Translations under genes and position numbers: made by a program
Assembly (NCBI GenBank): GCA_964016885.1
Contig: OZ024740.1
Location: forward strand, 124,310,001 to 124,374,000
Reading direction: 5' to 3'
Length of the DNA stretch: 64,000 bases
Source: Eledone cirrhosa
Taxonomy: Eukaryota
In this document: piece by piece, positions 37,886 to 49,565 of the stretch
Layout of the letters: each line of letters opens with the position of its first letter
How positions within the stretch are numbered: position 1 is the first letter of the stretch
Notes under the pieces: generated by a model
What the model was told of the DNA's origin: nothing
The model's database searches: none
The model's input: the letters and a program-made list of their open reading frames with translations, nothing else

Positions 37886-38664
37886 CTAAATTCTGTTGGA
37901 TAAGTCTATATCCTGATTCTTTTTTAATTGAGTTTGAATAATTTTTCCCACATCTTACGTTAACTATTTTCCCATTTTGACGCTATAGTCACTTATATAT
38001 TATGGAATACTGTTGGCTTCTTGCTACAATACTTTCTATACCTTTCATTTATATATATTTTAATTTTGATTAATTTTAATTGTATATTAATTTTGATTTA
38101 TTTTGAAAAATTGGTTGAATTTTACTTGTTCTGCTTATCTTGATATTAAGTTCTGTTATATCAAATTATTACCATAGAACCACCTTAAATCATAGACACA
38201 CTATATATTTCCGGGGGTACATTGTACCCTCAGATATATATTAACCTTATTCAACAATCTCCAGTATGTAGAGATAAATCTTGTCGTTCTATTTAGTTGC
38301 TAAAAATCTTTTTTTTAGTAGCGATCATAGACGGCTAGTCTACGATTTCCCGCCTTCACTATACACCAATGTATTTACGGGTCACTTTCACGACCTTTCA
38401 GACCTGTATTAGTTGGAGTGACGTCATATATTTTGTCGTTCCTGGGGTTTTTAACCCTAGGACAGGAAAATGCTTCTCTGATGATCGTTGCTTTTCCATT
38501 AATATCCTCGTGATATTTAATGTTTTGCAGCGTGAAACTGTACAGTTAGGGCCATTCGAATAGGTAAATATTTATATATTTTTTTAATTTTGATTAATTT
38601 TAATTGTATATTAATTTTGATTTATTTTGAAAAATTGGTTGAATTTTACTTGTTCTGCTTATCT

Positions 38665-38670
<6 letters not shown>
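37886..38670 (+). mobile_element. Non-coding hammerhead element with about 100-bp direct repeats 524 bp apart
   Basis: 38047-38146 is repeated at 38570-38670; (TA)n on both sides. Confidence 0.8.
38472..38552 (+). ncRNA. Type I hammerhead with extended stem II
   Basis: gcttct-CTGATGA-t-cgttgc..cattaatatc..gatatttaatg..gcagcg-t-GAAA-ctgtacag-TT-aggg. Confidence 0.85.
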
Positions 38671-38743
<73 letters not shown>

Positions 38744-38784
38744 CTTACACACAGAGACACACACTTGCGTTGGTTCGAGAGGGA

Positions 38785-39420
38785 AGGTATGTGTTGGCGA
38801 TGTTAATGCAGTTAATGAATGTTGAGGTATAGAGTTGTGCCTTGTGGTGGCGGAGTTGTGAGCGACAAAAATATACAGGATCGAATAATACGATGGGTTA
38901 CAGGTTAAAAGGTGACATAGGGAACACGGGGGGAGGGGGAGTTTGTGGACGTATAGCGATGTGTGTTGTCGTCATGGTGGTGGTGATGGGGTGATATGTT
39001 CAACAAAATGATTACATGATCAGATGTTACGGTGGGTTACAGGGTAAAGCAGACGGAGAGGGGAGATATAACACAGTCGTTCTGGGAGTGAGGGATGATA
39101 TGTGTTGATGATGTTAATGATGTTAATGATTGTTGAAGTATGTGGATGTATCTAGTGGTGGCGGTGGTGGTGTCTGCGACAGTACTTTTACAGGGTCGAA
39201 TTTAGCGTGGGATTATAGGTTAGAGTAGACAGAGGAAACATGAGGGAATAAGGTTGCGTGTGTGGGATGGTAGACATATAACGATGTGTGCGCTGGTGGT
39301 AGTGGTGGTGGTGGCGATGGTGAGATATGATCGACATTATATTAACAGGATCAGATGTTACTATGGTTTACAAGGTAAAACCTGACAGAGAGGCCAGATA
39401 CAACACAATGTTACAAAGAT
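38785..39420. repeat. Diverged tandem repeat (about 310-bp period) in the PLE 3' UTR
   Basis: atgtgttg..gatgttaatg..gtggtggcgg..acagg.tcgaat at about 38789 and 39100; caggatcagatgttac-type subrepeats. Confidence 0.65.
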
Positions 39421-40486
39421 GAGGGGTGTATGGCGATGTGATTTTTGGTGGGGTGATGTATGCGGCATGATATACAAAATACGGGCTTACAAATGGTTAC
39501 ATGCAATACAATAAAATAAATTCACTGAGATGAGGGATGGTGAGACGGGGCAGAGGTGGTTATTATTATGCTGGGTCATGGTTAGTGTGTGGCCCTTCCC
39601 CGAATGTTTGTGCGGAAAATGTGTTCATCCTGGTGTGTCTGCAATTGACAATTATGTCTGACCTATAGTTTATGGCAGATTTTAATTTAATTATTTCTGC
39701 CGCCTCGGCCAGGTATAACCTGCAGTGGTTTCTGTCACTGGGGAGTTGCGCCACGTGTCTTTTGACTGACCACGAACCAACGCAAGTGTGTGTGTCTGTG
39801 TGTAGGTAATTTTTTATATATATGTGGGTATATATATGTATGTATATGTATATGTGTGTGTACGTGTATGTGTGTATATATATGTGTATGTGTGTGTGTA
39901 AGGATGAGTATGTCTATATGTACAACACCATCTCCATTGGCTCTCACCCTCCCTCTATCTTTGTACTACGCCACCCCCACCGATACTCCCCCCCTCTCTC
40001 TATATATCCACACGCGCGCATGCATATATATATGTGTGTATATATGCATATAGATATATGCATGTGTGGATGTATGTGGGCGTGTGTATGTGTGTGTATA
40101 TAAGTGTGTATGTATATATATGTCAGTATATATGCGCATGTATATATACACAACGTATTTGTCAGACGAAGAGTGTCTAGGTATGTATCTCCCCATGGAC
40201 TTCACACCACCAACACATCCACCACACCACCACAAATGCCACTACAATAAACAACAACACCACAACCACACCTCACACCTACCGTCAATCCACTACCCCC
40301 ACATCACAGCCCAACCCAGTCAGCGACCGTCACCACCATCTTATCATCACATCCACCCCCACATACACTACAGGCCAATACATCCCGATGATCTTTTCCA
40401 CCAATCAAAACAACTCATATTGTACAACTTAATGAACTTCTGACTTTATCACATAGCATGTATTCATTTTCTTATAGCATTTTAAA

Positions 40487-40573
40487 GGGTTCGTCGAGCT
40501 GCCGATTATTGACTCGGGTAAGATCGATACAGATCGAACCTTGAGTTGATCAGTTACGAAACGCGCGTCACCT
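40487..40573 (+). ncRNA. Hammerhead-derived motif with altered core (TCGTCGA) and long stem II
   Basis: gggt-TCGTCGA-..long hairpin..-GAAA-cgcgcg-TC-acct. The relative at 18790 has the canonical CTGACGA at the homologous position. Confidence 0.55.
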
Positions 40574-40720
40574 ATCAATAAATGCAATGAAGGAATAATC
40601 AATCGTCCTTGTTATCCTTTCAATATATTACACTCAGTATAGCTCTACACCTCAACACAGAAGTGAACCTAAACATCGAGTGCTCTCCTGGGTGAACCTA
40701 CAGTAACTCCAAGTTACACT

Positions 40721-40821
<101 letters not shown>

Positions 40822-40905
40822 TTAATACAACCTACAAAAGATGGACCTCATTACAACATAGGGTGCTTCCAACGGCTTCCGCCATATAACTGTACACACC
40901 TAAGT

Positions 40906-40939
<34 letters not shown>

Positions 40940-40940
<1 letters not shown>

Positions 40941-41135
40941 CAACATTTTCAAGACCCCGACGGCAGAGCTCAACCCATTTCGACGGCTATTTCTGGAGTT
41001 CAGAAATAGCCGACGAATAGGCTTGAGCTTTGCCGTTGGGGTCTTGAAAATGTTCCTATTACCCACTCTACTACCCTAAGTATTGAGTACTCTGGTGTGT
41101 TATGGTCCACCTGGTTCCTTACCACACTCCCTTCG

Positions 41136-41138
<3 letters not shown>
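40940..41138 (+). mobile_element. Fold-back half-hammerhead element (copy 2 of the 448-636 family)
   Basis: Palindrome at 40942-41054 plus the same tail; (TA)n on both sides. Confidence 0.8.
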
Positions 41139-41187
<49 letters not shown>

Positions 41188-41231
41188 ATGTATTGCACCA
41201 AGAAAAATATAAACATCAGCGTGATATGACT

Positions 41232-41406
41232 ATTGGTCGTTAGCATGCTCAACCAGCCGTGACGCTTAAACCAATCAGCTGTAGTAATTCAGTGAAACTA
41301 CACACTGATTGGTCGAAATACAGTTTACAGGGCTTTGCATTCTGGAGCCACTTTTCTCTGTATAAAATGTATAAAAGGTAGGAAATTTACCCATCTCATT
41401 ACAGTT
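41232..41406 (+). promoter_or_regulatory. Putative Pol II promoter in the pLTR (three CCAAT boxes, two TATA boxes, Inr-like)
   Basis: ATTGG 41232, CCAAT 41271, ATTGG 41308, TATAAAA 41361 and 41370, ctcattacagtt about 41395-41406. Duplicated in the 3' pLTR. Confidence 0.55.
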
Positions 41407-41439
41407 GAAAATTGCAAACTCGACTGTCACCACATATCA

Positions 41440-41478
41440 TGAACCTGAAGATTGCGAAAGCATGAAAGTACTTGTTCA
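41440..41478 (+). ncRNA. Minimal type I hammerhead, 5' pLTR
   Basis: tgaac-CTGAAGA-t-tgc gaaa gca-t-GAAA-gtac-TT-gttca. Confidence 0.9.
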
Positions 41479-41682
41479 ATTAACACTTAGAATTTAATAT
41501 TCTATCATACTATTTCATTATAATACCATTATATATATTTTAAAGGATTGTAAATAAAACGAGTAAATCAGACAAAGTTGGAATTCCTCTTATTAATATA
41601 ATCTTCTATACACAATCATACACACCCGTGTATATTTACCTATCTATATCTATATATATATTCCTATTGTGTATATGCCAAC

Positions 41683-43032
41683 ATGTCTGGAAAGCAACAA
41701 ATGAAACCAACAGAATCAGAAAGAATTCTAAAGGAGATATCATCGAAATTATCAACACTTATCACGAGGATGGACACACAATCCTCTATTTTAAAGGAAA
41801 TAGAAAAACAATCTACAGACGGAAAACTTATAACTGAACATATAAACTCTGAAATTAAGAATTTAGCTGAAATTATACCAACAGTTATCAAAGATACAAG
41901 AGAAAGCCTACCACAACCCCCCTTGGATGTCAGAAATAACGAAAGAAATTTGGAAAACAAAACACATCGAATAAGAAAAGAAATGTGGAAGACATGGAAA
42001 AAATTCCTTAACATAAGAAAACAAAATTTCTGGAAAGCATACAGATGCGAAAAATATGTCGAAACACATTCGAAATGGCTCTCTCTAACGACACCCATAC
42101 TCCCTCGTAAATACCTAATTACAGAAATTGCAGGAGAACCAGAAGAAGAAACAAAACTCCGATGGGAACTTACATTGACAAAATTCAGGACCGACATCTC
42201 CATTTCTGAATGTAAACAATCCCGCTACAAAGCCAAATATGAAGCTATTGATGACCAAATTGAAGTTGAAATTTCAAAGCTAACGACTGGTATTATAGCT
42301 GAAAAACTACGAGAACTATGGATCGGAGATATCTCAAAAGAAGAAAACAAATCAAGAAAGGTATGGCAGCAGAAACAATTATTTCTCGATGAATATGCTG
42401 CAAATTACGGTAAAGACTCTGGAACCCTGAGAAAAAGCATTAAAAGTGGACAATCTCATCAACACAACATACGCCAGAACATGTGCCAACACAAACACTC
42501 ACCTTACCTTGAATCAAAGAAGAACTACGGTAATAACTCTTCGCTTTTTCTACAAAAACACCCTATCGCACACAACATGAACAAAAAGCACAAACACGAT
42601 AGGTATTCCTTTGACCAGACCATGAGAAGTAGTAAAACCAGGAGATCATTCTCAAGATCTCAACAGAGACTACCAACAAGGAATGTGGAAACAAAACGTA
42701 GAATAACCAGATCACTCTCAAGATCTCAACAGAGATTGCCCACAAGAAACTGGACGAAAAAACGATCTAAACCTGAAAGCAAACCTAGGTCATTTTCCCA
42801 GATTGTTAAAAATAATGCTAACAGGAAGAAAAATAATATACAGAATACCAAAAATAGGACAAAATACATAACGAAACCAAATATAATATCACGACCAAAA
42901 GTTCATCAAGCGAACACCAACAGGAATATAAATCCTGAACAGAGAAAAATTCATTTTTTAACGTCAGGACAACAAAAACCGGAAAAAGAAAAACTCCAGG
43001 AGGAAACATACCCAAAACAGCTGTACACGTAG
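41683..43032 (+). CDS. PLE ORF1: helical/coiled-coil-like N-terminus and basic R/S/K-rich C-terminus (449 aa)
   Basis: Intact ATG-to-stop ORF between the pLTR and RT, with a duplicated RS(F/L)SRSQQRLPTRN motif. Confidence 0.8.
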   Translation: MSGKQQMKPTESERILKEISSKLSTLITRMDTQSSILKEIEKQSTDGKLITEHINSEIKNLAEIIPTVIKDTRESLPQPPLDVRNNERNLENKTHRIRKEMWKTWKKFLNIRKQNFWKAYRCEKYVETHSKWLSLTTPILPRKYLITEIAGEPEEETKLRWELTLTKFRTDISISECKQSRYKAKYEAIDDQIEVEISKLTTGIIAEKLRELWIGDISKEENKSRKVWQQKQLFLDEYAANYGKDSGTLRKSIKSGQSHQHNIRQNMCQHKHSPYLESKKNYGNNSSLFLQKHPIAHNMNKKHKHDRYSFDQTMRSSKTRRSFSRSQQRLPTRNVETKRRITRSLSRSQQRLPTRNWTKKRSKPESKPRSFSQIVKNNANRKKNNIQNTKNRTKYITKPNIISRPKVHQANTNRNINPEQRKIHFLTSGQQKPEKEKLQEETYPKQLYT

Positions 43033-45249
43033 ATCCTAAAATAATTAATTTATCTAAAAGAGATCTTGACAATGATGAAATGCAAATTCTGTCAAAAGGA
43101 CTGAAATTCACACCGACTCCAACAGTCAACCACCAAGAACTGAAGGAGGATACCCAAGAATTCTGTCGAAAATTACGTCTTGTAGAATTCTTCGCTGATA
43201 AAAATAATGAGAGTGATGAATCACTAGTAAAGAATAAATCAAATTTCACTCCGCCCAAAGGAAGAAATATCTATCTCGACCAATACATTGACATCCTGTC
43301 TAAATTTCCTCTTAGACATAGTACTAATGTTAGGCCAAACATTAACAAATCAGAAATGTCTGCACTTAAACGTATACAAAATGATAAAACAATAATAATT
43401 AAACAAGCAGATAAAGGGGGTGCAGTTGTTATAATGGATACTGAATACTACAAGGATTTGGTTGAGGAACAACTGAAAGACACAACATTCTATCATGAAA
43501 TACCGTCAAATATAGACCACAACATCATGAAGAAGATCAACAACCTGGCTTCAAGATACCACAACTCATTTACTGATAATGAAAGAGACTACATCACCAA
43601 TTTTGAGCCGAAACCCAGCAACCTCTATGGCCTACCGAAAGTTCACAAGCCAAAAGAAATACAACTGGCAGTAAGAGAACAAAACAGTGAGTACATTAAA
43701 TTATTACACCCGAAAGACTTAAAACTTAGACCTATTATAGCTGGTCCAACATGCCCCACTCACCGTCTAAGCAATTTTGTTGACATTATTTTGAAACCAC
43801 TATGTATTCACATACCCAGTTTCATCCGGGATGATATCGACTTCCTGTCCCATCTTCCCAAAACCACGGAAACGAATTCACTTCTACTCAGTTTTGATGT
43901 GGTAAGCCTTTACACCAACATTACACATGATTTAGGAATAAAGGCGGTTAAATACTGGGTCTAAAAACATTAGATTCATAGCGCCATTTATATTAGACGC
44001 AGTTAAACTTATTCTGGAAAACAACACTTTCTTCTTCAATGGAAAGAATTACATCCAAATTAGAGGCACAGCGATGGGAACGAAGTTTGCTCCCGTTTAC
44101 GCGAACTCTGTAATGGGATACTTAGAACAACAACTCTACCAAGAAATAGAGGAAAAATATAGTACTGACTTCAGAAAGTACATTGAAAAATCTTGGAAGA
44201 GATACCTTGACGACTGTTTCATCATCTGGACAGAATCTCTAGATACTCTGGATGAGTTCAATATCCTCCTGAATAACCTACACCCATCTCTCCAATTCAC
44301 AAAAGAGATGAGTAGGACCAAATTACCATTCCTAGATATAATGATAATCAAAAACGACACCACCATTACCACGGATATATATTATAAACACACAGACACC
44401 CATCAATATCTGAATTTTAAGTCGTGCCATCCACCTCATACAAAACGCAACATCCCATACTGCCTAGCCAGAATAATTTGTACCATTGTAGAAGATACGA
44501 ATACCAGGTACAAACGCCTAACAGAACTAAGAGAATTTTTTCTCAAACAAAAATACCCATCTCTACTTATAGAAAATGGCATACAGCGGGCTATAAAAAT
44601 ACCTATACAACAACTTAGAACAACCCAAGGAAGAAGAAACCAAGAACTGGTCATACCATTTATAATGACACACAACCCATGTCACCAGAATATCTTCGAC
44701 ACTGCCAAAGCAAACCTACCGGTCATTGCTCAAAGTAATGAATTAAAAGGCTTAATCACAGATCGATCTTTGACTCTTAGTAAAAGACAGCCAAAAAATT
44801 TGAAGCAATTGCTAACAAAAGCAAAGTTTGACCTTAACAACAAAGACCAATCATTCACTGTATCTAAATGCAATGATAATCGATGCGGCACGTGTCAATC
44901 CATACACGCCGGTCAATATATGAAAACAAAAACTGGAAAAATATTCCCAAATGCAAATATGAACTGCAAAAGCAGAAATCTAATTTACTGCATTAAATGC
45001 CCGAATTGTGAAGAACTATATGTCCATCAAACTGGAAATGCACTATCGGAACGTGCACGGGTACACCGTCAAAAAATCAGAGACCCAAATGTCCGCCAGA
45101 TACCCCTAAGCGGCCACCTGGCAACATGTGGTCAGGGAATATTTATAATATTCCCATTCTACAAATTACACAGCCCAAGTGAAATCAAGAGAAAAATCAA
45201 AGAAAAGAATTTTATTGATAAATTCAAACCCAAGCTAAATGAACAATAA
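42939..45249 (+). pseudogene. PLE RT plus Cys-linker plus GIY-YIG endonuclease (-1 frame to ORF1; stop and frameshift lesion at about 43962-43985)
   Basis: IINLS..LSKGLKFTPTP, KQADKGGAVV, YGLPKVHK, LRPII, SFDVVSLYTNI, GTAMGTKFAP, WKRYLDDCF, LPFLDI, CNDNRCGTC, CKSRNLIYCIKCPNCEELYVHQTG, PKLN. Confidence 0.95.
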
Positions 45250-45623
45250 TAACGCCTAGGGGTATTACTTCTACTACCACTATGACCACGACCACTAACA
45301 ACAACAACAACAACAATAATAATAATAATAAAAGTGATGTTGATGGTGATGATTAATAGAAAATGCTATGTTCATCATTTCAAAAAGCAAAACAATTGAT
45401 ACGTTGGATATGACTATTGGTCGTTAGCATGCTCAACCAACCGTGACGCTTAAACCAATCAGCTGTAGTAATTCAGTGAAACTACACACTGATTGGTCGA
45501 AATACAGTTTACAGGGCTTTGCATTCTGGAGCCACTTTTCTCTGTATAAAATGTATAAAAGGTAGGAAATTTACCCATCTCATTACAGTTGAAAATTGCA
45601 AACTCGACTGTCACCACATATCA

Positions 45624-45662
45624 TGAACCTGAAGATTGCGAAAGCATGAAAGTACTTGTTCA
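45624..45662 (+). ncRNA. Minimal type I hammerhead, 3' pLTR
   Basis: Identical to 41440-41478. Confidence 0.9.
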
Positions 45663-45776
45663 ATTAACACTTAGAATTTAATATTCTATCATACTATTTC
45701 ATTATAATACCATTATATATATTTTATAGGATTGTAAATAAAACGAGTAAATCAGACAAAGTTGGAATTCCTCTTA

Positions 45777-45813
<37 letters not shown>

Positions 45814-45838
45814 TTTTTATATCGATGTTTGACGGGCA

Positions 45839-45959
45839 TCCACTGATGATTTATAAGTACCCACCTGCATATATTCTTACGGAATGTGTGCAGGCTTCTA
45901 CATAACCCGGACACATTCTCCCAACTTGTAGAAAACTTATAATGAAACAATTGTTTGGA
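45839..45959 (+). ncRNA. Type I hammerhead with branched stem II domain
   Basis: tcca-CTGATGA-t-ttataagt-[cctgcatat..gtgtgcagg][ttctaca..tgtagaa]-acttataa-t-GAAA-caattg-TT-tgga. Confidence 0.85.
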
Positions 45960-46140
45960 AAGGGAGATATATTTTAATTATGTCTCATATAAAATGATAC
46001 AACTGGCTTTCCGCAAAATACATATAGTTAGCACCCCAAACGTAAAATTGGGATTATACTAAGTTATATCATAATGTTTGTTGAGTGAGTTGGTAGCCAG
46101 TCAGAGTATAGCTTAAAGCTTTCTCTGTTAATGTATTGAA

Positions 46141-47560
46141 GTGTGTGTAATAGTTTCAAGCAGCGTCTTTACATGCATACCCATTCTTTTCGTTACCCTC
46201 TAAGAAGGAATATGACGTCACTTTCAGCTTATATCTGGAGTCTAAAAGACAACCACACCCAACATAGGTTACACTGGGAGATCCTAGCTAGGGCTAGATC
46301 GTATAACGGAAATAAAAGACCATGTGACCTCTGCGCCGCTGAGGCCTTGGAAATACTCTACGCCACAGACCACATCTTAAACAAAAAATCTGAGGCAATT
46401 TCAGCTTGTAAACATAAATTGCACAAAACTTTCCTGTATTACAGCCCCACGTTATACCCTAACGGATAGCACGATCTATACGTGGATATTTTACGTCTTG
46501 ATGTGGGAGCTAAGTATATGTTTTGTTTATTCCTTTACTTATTTGCATAGGTAAGTATTTATTACCCGTATGTTTTGTGAAAGTATGTATACCTTCTCGT
46601 ACGTATATTTGACTGTTATGGCGTATAATTTTTACATATTCTGGTATTTAGGGTTTGGCTATGTGTATACGGGAGTTTTGCGTCTGCGTGAGTATGCAGG
46701 TTCGTACGTATGGTGTGTGTGTGTATATGTGTACTTCTTGTTTTAGTTGACTTACGTCTCAGGAACATTCGTGTATTTATATGTAGGTATGTGTGTGCGC
46801 TTGTTATATACGTATTTATTTACTTATATACGTTTATATAATTATTTATTTATTTGTACACAAGCATACACACACACACATATTTATATGTGCGTGGTTT
46901 TGTATACCTTGGTAAGGTTTTGCGTATGCTTGTGTATGTACGTATCTGTTTGCGTGTATGTATTTATTTGTTTCTATTACTTCTGTATTGTATTTATTTA
47001 CTTTGTTCTTAACTCTGTAGAGGAGATTCATTTGGTCTCCTAGTTAGAATTTTAGTCAACGACTTCTGCTATACCATTTACGTGGTTTTGTCTTTGCGTG
47101 CTATTGTTCTCCACGCTCCACATATGACTTATTATCTTCGTTTTTTCGTTCATTGCCAGAGAACGTTTCTATGCACCACCTAAGAGAACATTAGTTTACG
47201 ACCTCCTTTATGCCATAAACGTGGTTCTGTCTTTGCGCGTAATTGTTTTTCACCGCTCCTATTAATGACATATTATTCGTTTTTTCCCGTTCTTTGCCAG
47301 CGAACGTTTCCACGAACCAAAGTATCGTCTTCCTGACTTCCTCCGGTTGCAACGTTTTTTGAAATATCCAGTTCTGCGTTTACAGATTGACTTTGTTAGT
47401 TTCAGAAGATCCCGTTAAGGGTGAAAGCAGCGATTCTTTGCTTAAACTTTAATCTGTTATTTTAATAAATATTTGCTCTACGGTTCTTATATATTTGATA
47501 TATATTTTCCTTATCGAGCCCTCTTTGGATTTTAGTCTTCAGTTTTATTATTATTACTAT
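46141..47560 (+). mobile_element. Hydra-like PLE 3' end (GIY-YIG C-half plus 3' UTR/pLTR), same family as 4101-6120
   Basis: FKQRLYMHTHSF..TSLSAYIWSLK..WEIL..CDLCAAEALEI..LNKKSEAISACKH. Segment 47207-47555 is the reverse complement of about 5765-6120. Ends at (TA)n. Confidence 0.85.
47398..47448 (+). ncRNA. Type I hammerhead, U4A core variant
   Basis: agttt-CAGAAGA-t-ccc gttaa ggg-t-GAAA-gca gcgattctt tgc-TT-aaact. Confidence 0.65.
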
Positions 47561-47799
47561 ATATATATATATATATATATGATTATGGGTGAATCTTCAA
47601 ATATTAAAGCATATAAACACCTTTTATGGAACATATGGGCATTAGCAGGCATCGGAATTGAAACTACACCCCTCTTATTAATGATGGTTTCTGATTTAGG
47701 CACAAGGCCATCAATGTCTGGGAAAGGAGTCAATTAAATCCACCCCAGTGCATGACTGGTACTTTATTTTATCGACCTCGTAAGTTCTTTGCTCTCTTG

Positions 47800-48335
47800 T
47801 CTGATATGATATCCCACTATCACTTGTGTACCCATGGTCTGCATTTGGGACAAAGAATAGAATTTCTACCCACTCCTTTCCTGCAGACAGAGTACGGCCA
47901 TTTCCCTGATTGAACCAAAGCCCTTCTTACTTACTAGGACTTTAGTCTTTTCCAAGTTGACTTCAAGAGCTTTTGATTCCAAGCTATACTTTCAGGTCAG
48001 AAATTTCTTTTCTAATTCTTCCATTTATTTGGCTACGAGGGTCAGATTTTTGGCATAGAAAAGTTACCATGGGGAGCCAATTTTGAACTCTTCTGTTATG
48101 GCATACATGACGATGATTAATTGAAGGGGGCTCAGAATCAATCCTTGATGAACCCCCAATTGCACCCTAAATTCCTCACTATAATCCTTGTTAATTCGAA
48201 CCTTAATGACTGCCCCTTAGTACATTGCTTGAACTGCCCTCACAAACCAGTCATCTACCCCCAGTCTTCTAAGAGCCTGCCAGATTATGGAGCAGGGAAC
48301 TCTGTCAAATGCCTTCTCCATGCCAACAGATCCCA
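47800..48335 (-). mobile_element. Decayed RTE RT fragment
   Basis: Minus-strand remnants RVPCSIIWQAL, GVHQG..LSP, EEFKIGSPW*LFYAKNL, KVNLEKTKVL and GKWP. Confidence 0.7.
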
Positions 48336-48344
48336 AGTAGAGGG

Positions 48345-48399
<55 letters not shown>

Positions 48400-49522
48400 G
48401 GAGTAGGGAGTTAATACGAATCATTTTGAGATATGTAGTAAATGACTGATAAGCTTTTAAAAGCCGATACAATGCTTTATACAATACAAAGGGCAAATGA
48501 TGGTAAATGAAACTAAACAAAACAAAGTAATGTTTTACCATGTGTAGTATGACATATGTATATACACACACATATATATATATACATACAGACATATACA
48601 AAGACACATAAAGACATATATGTGTGTTTGCATGTATACCCATTTCATGTCTTTGTTAACATTTACATTGGTCAAAAGCAAAACCAATGCCTGTGTCTGT
48701 GTCCTCTCAGCCATATTATACATAGAGATCATTCATATAAGTACCAGACTGAAATAATTACTAGATTCAATATCATCAACAACAAAAAGAAACGATCCCC
48801 TCCAAGTGTCTTTTATTATAACCTTGAGTCGATCAATGCTTTGCCAGTGGAATTTGATAGACAGAGACAGCAGAAGCCTATTCTGTGTATATCTGTGTAT
48901 GAATGTGTGGGTGCTTCCCATGTCTCTGTTTACATTTGCGTCCGTGTCTGTATTTATGTCCTAAAAGTTAGTGATTCAACCAAAATGTTGATCATGAAAA
49001 AAAAGGTTGCTGGGGCCAATATGAGTAACTAAATCAAGGTGGTGTCTCAGTATAGCCACAGTCTAATGACCGAAACCATTAAAAGAATAAATAAAAGCTA
49101 TTTTGTAATAGATTTACTAGGGAAATCAAGCAAGAAAGTTTTCTTATAAATGAAAATTACAAAGGTTCCTCCTTCTGTGATGATAATGCTATTGTATTTG
49201 TCAGTTGAATCCCCATTGTCAACTGATTTATGAGCTGCAGCCATATGGTAATCATTAGATATTGAAACGAGTAGTTTTCAGATGCAATTTAGCAACTCTT
49301 ATACTTAGCTTTAAATTTTCCTCTACAACTGTCAATTAGAGAATGTAAATGTTTGTAACTTGCATCTATAAATCTTATCAAATGGTAATTTACAAAGCCC
49401 TATCAAAAGGGAATGGGTGTGTAAATGAATGAAAAGAATACGAAAAATAAATATAGTAAAATACTAAAAAAAAATATATAGGTATGTGTATATACACACA
49501 CATATTTACATACATACATACT

Positions 49523-49565
<43 letters not shown>

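Larger units (their letters stand above)
41223..45784 (+). mobile_element. Near full-length Neptune-like Penelope-like retroelement with 378-bp direct pLTRs
   Basis: pLTRs 41223-41600 and 45407-45784 differ at about 2 positions. Contains ORF1 plus an RT/GIY-YIG ORF. Inserted in (TA)n. Confidence 0.95.

Noticed and set aside
42818-43258. Antisense ORFs over RT regions (also over the RTE and Hydra ORFs)
   Set aside because: Shadow ORFs of the sense coding frame.
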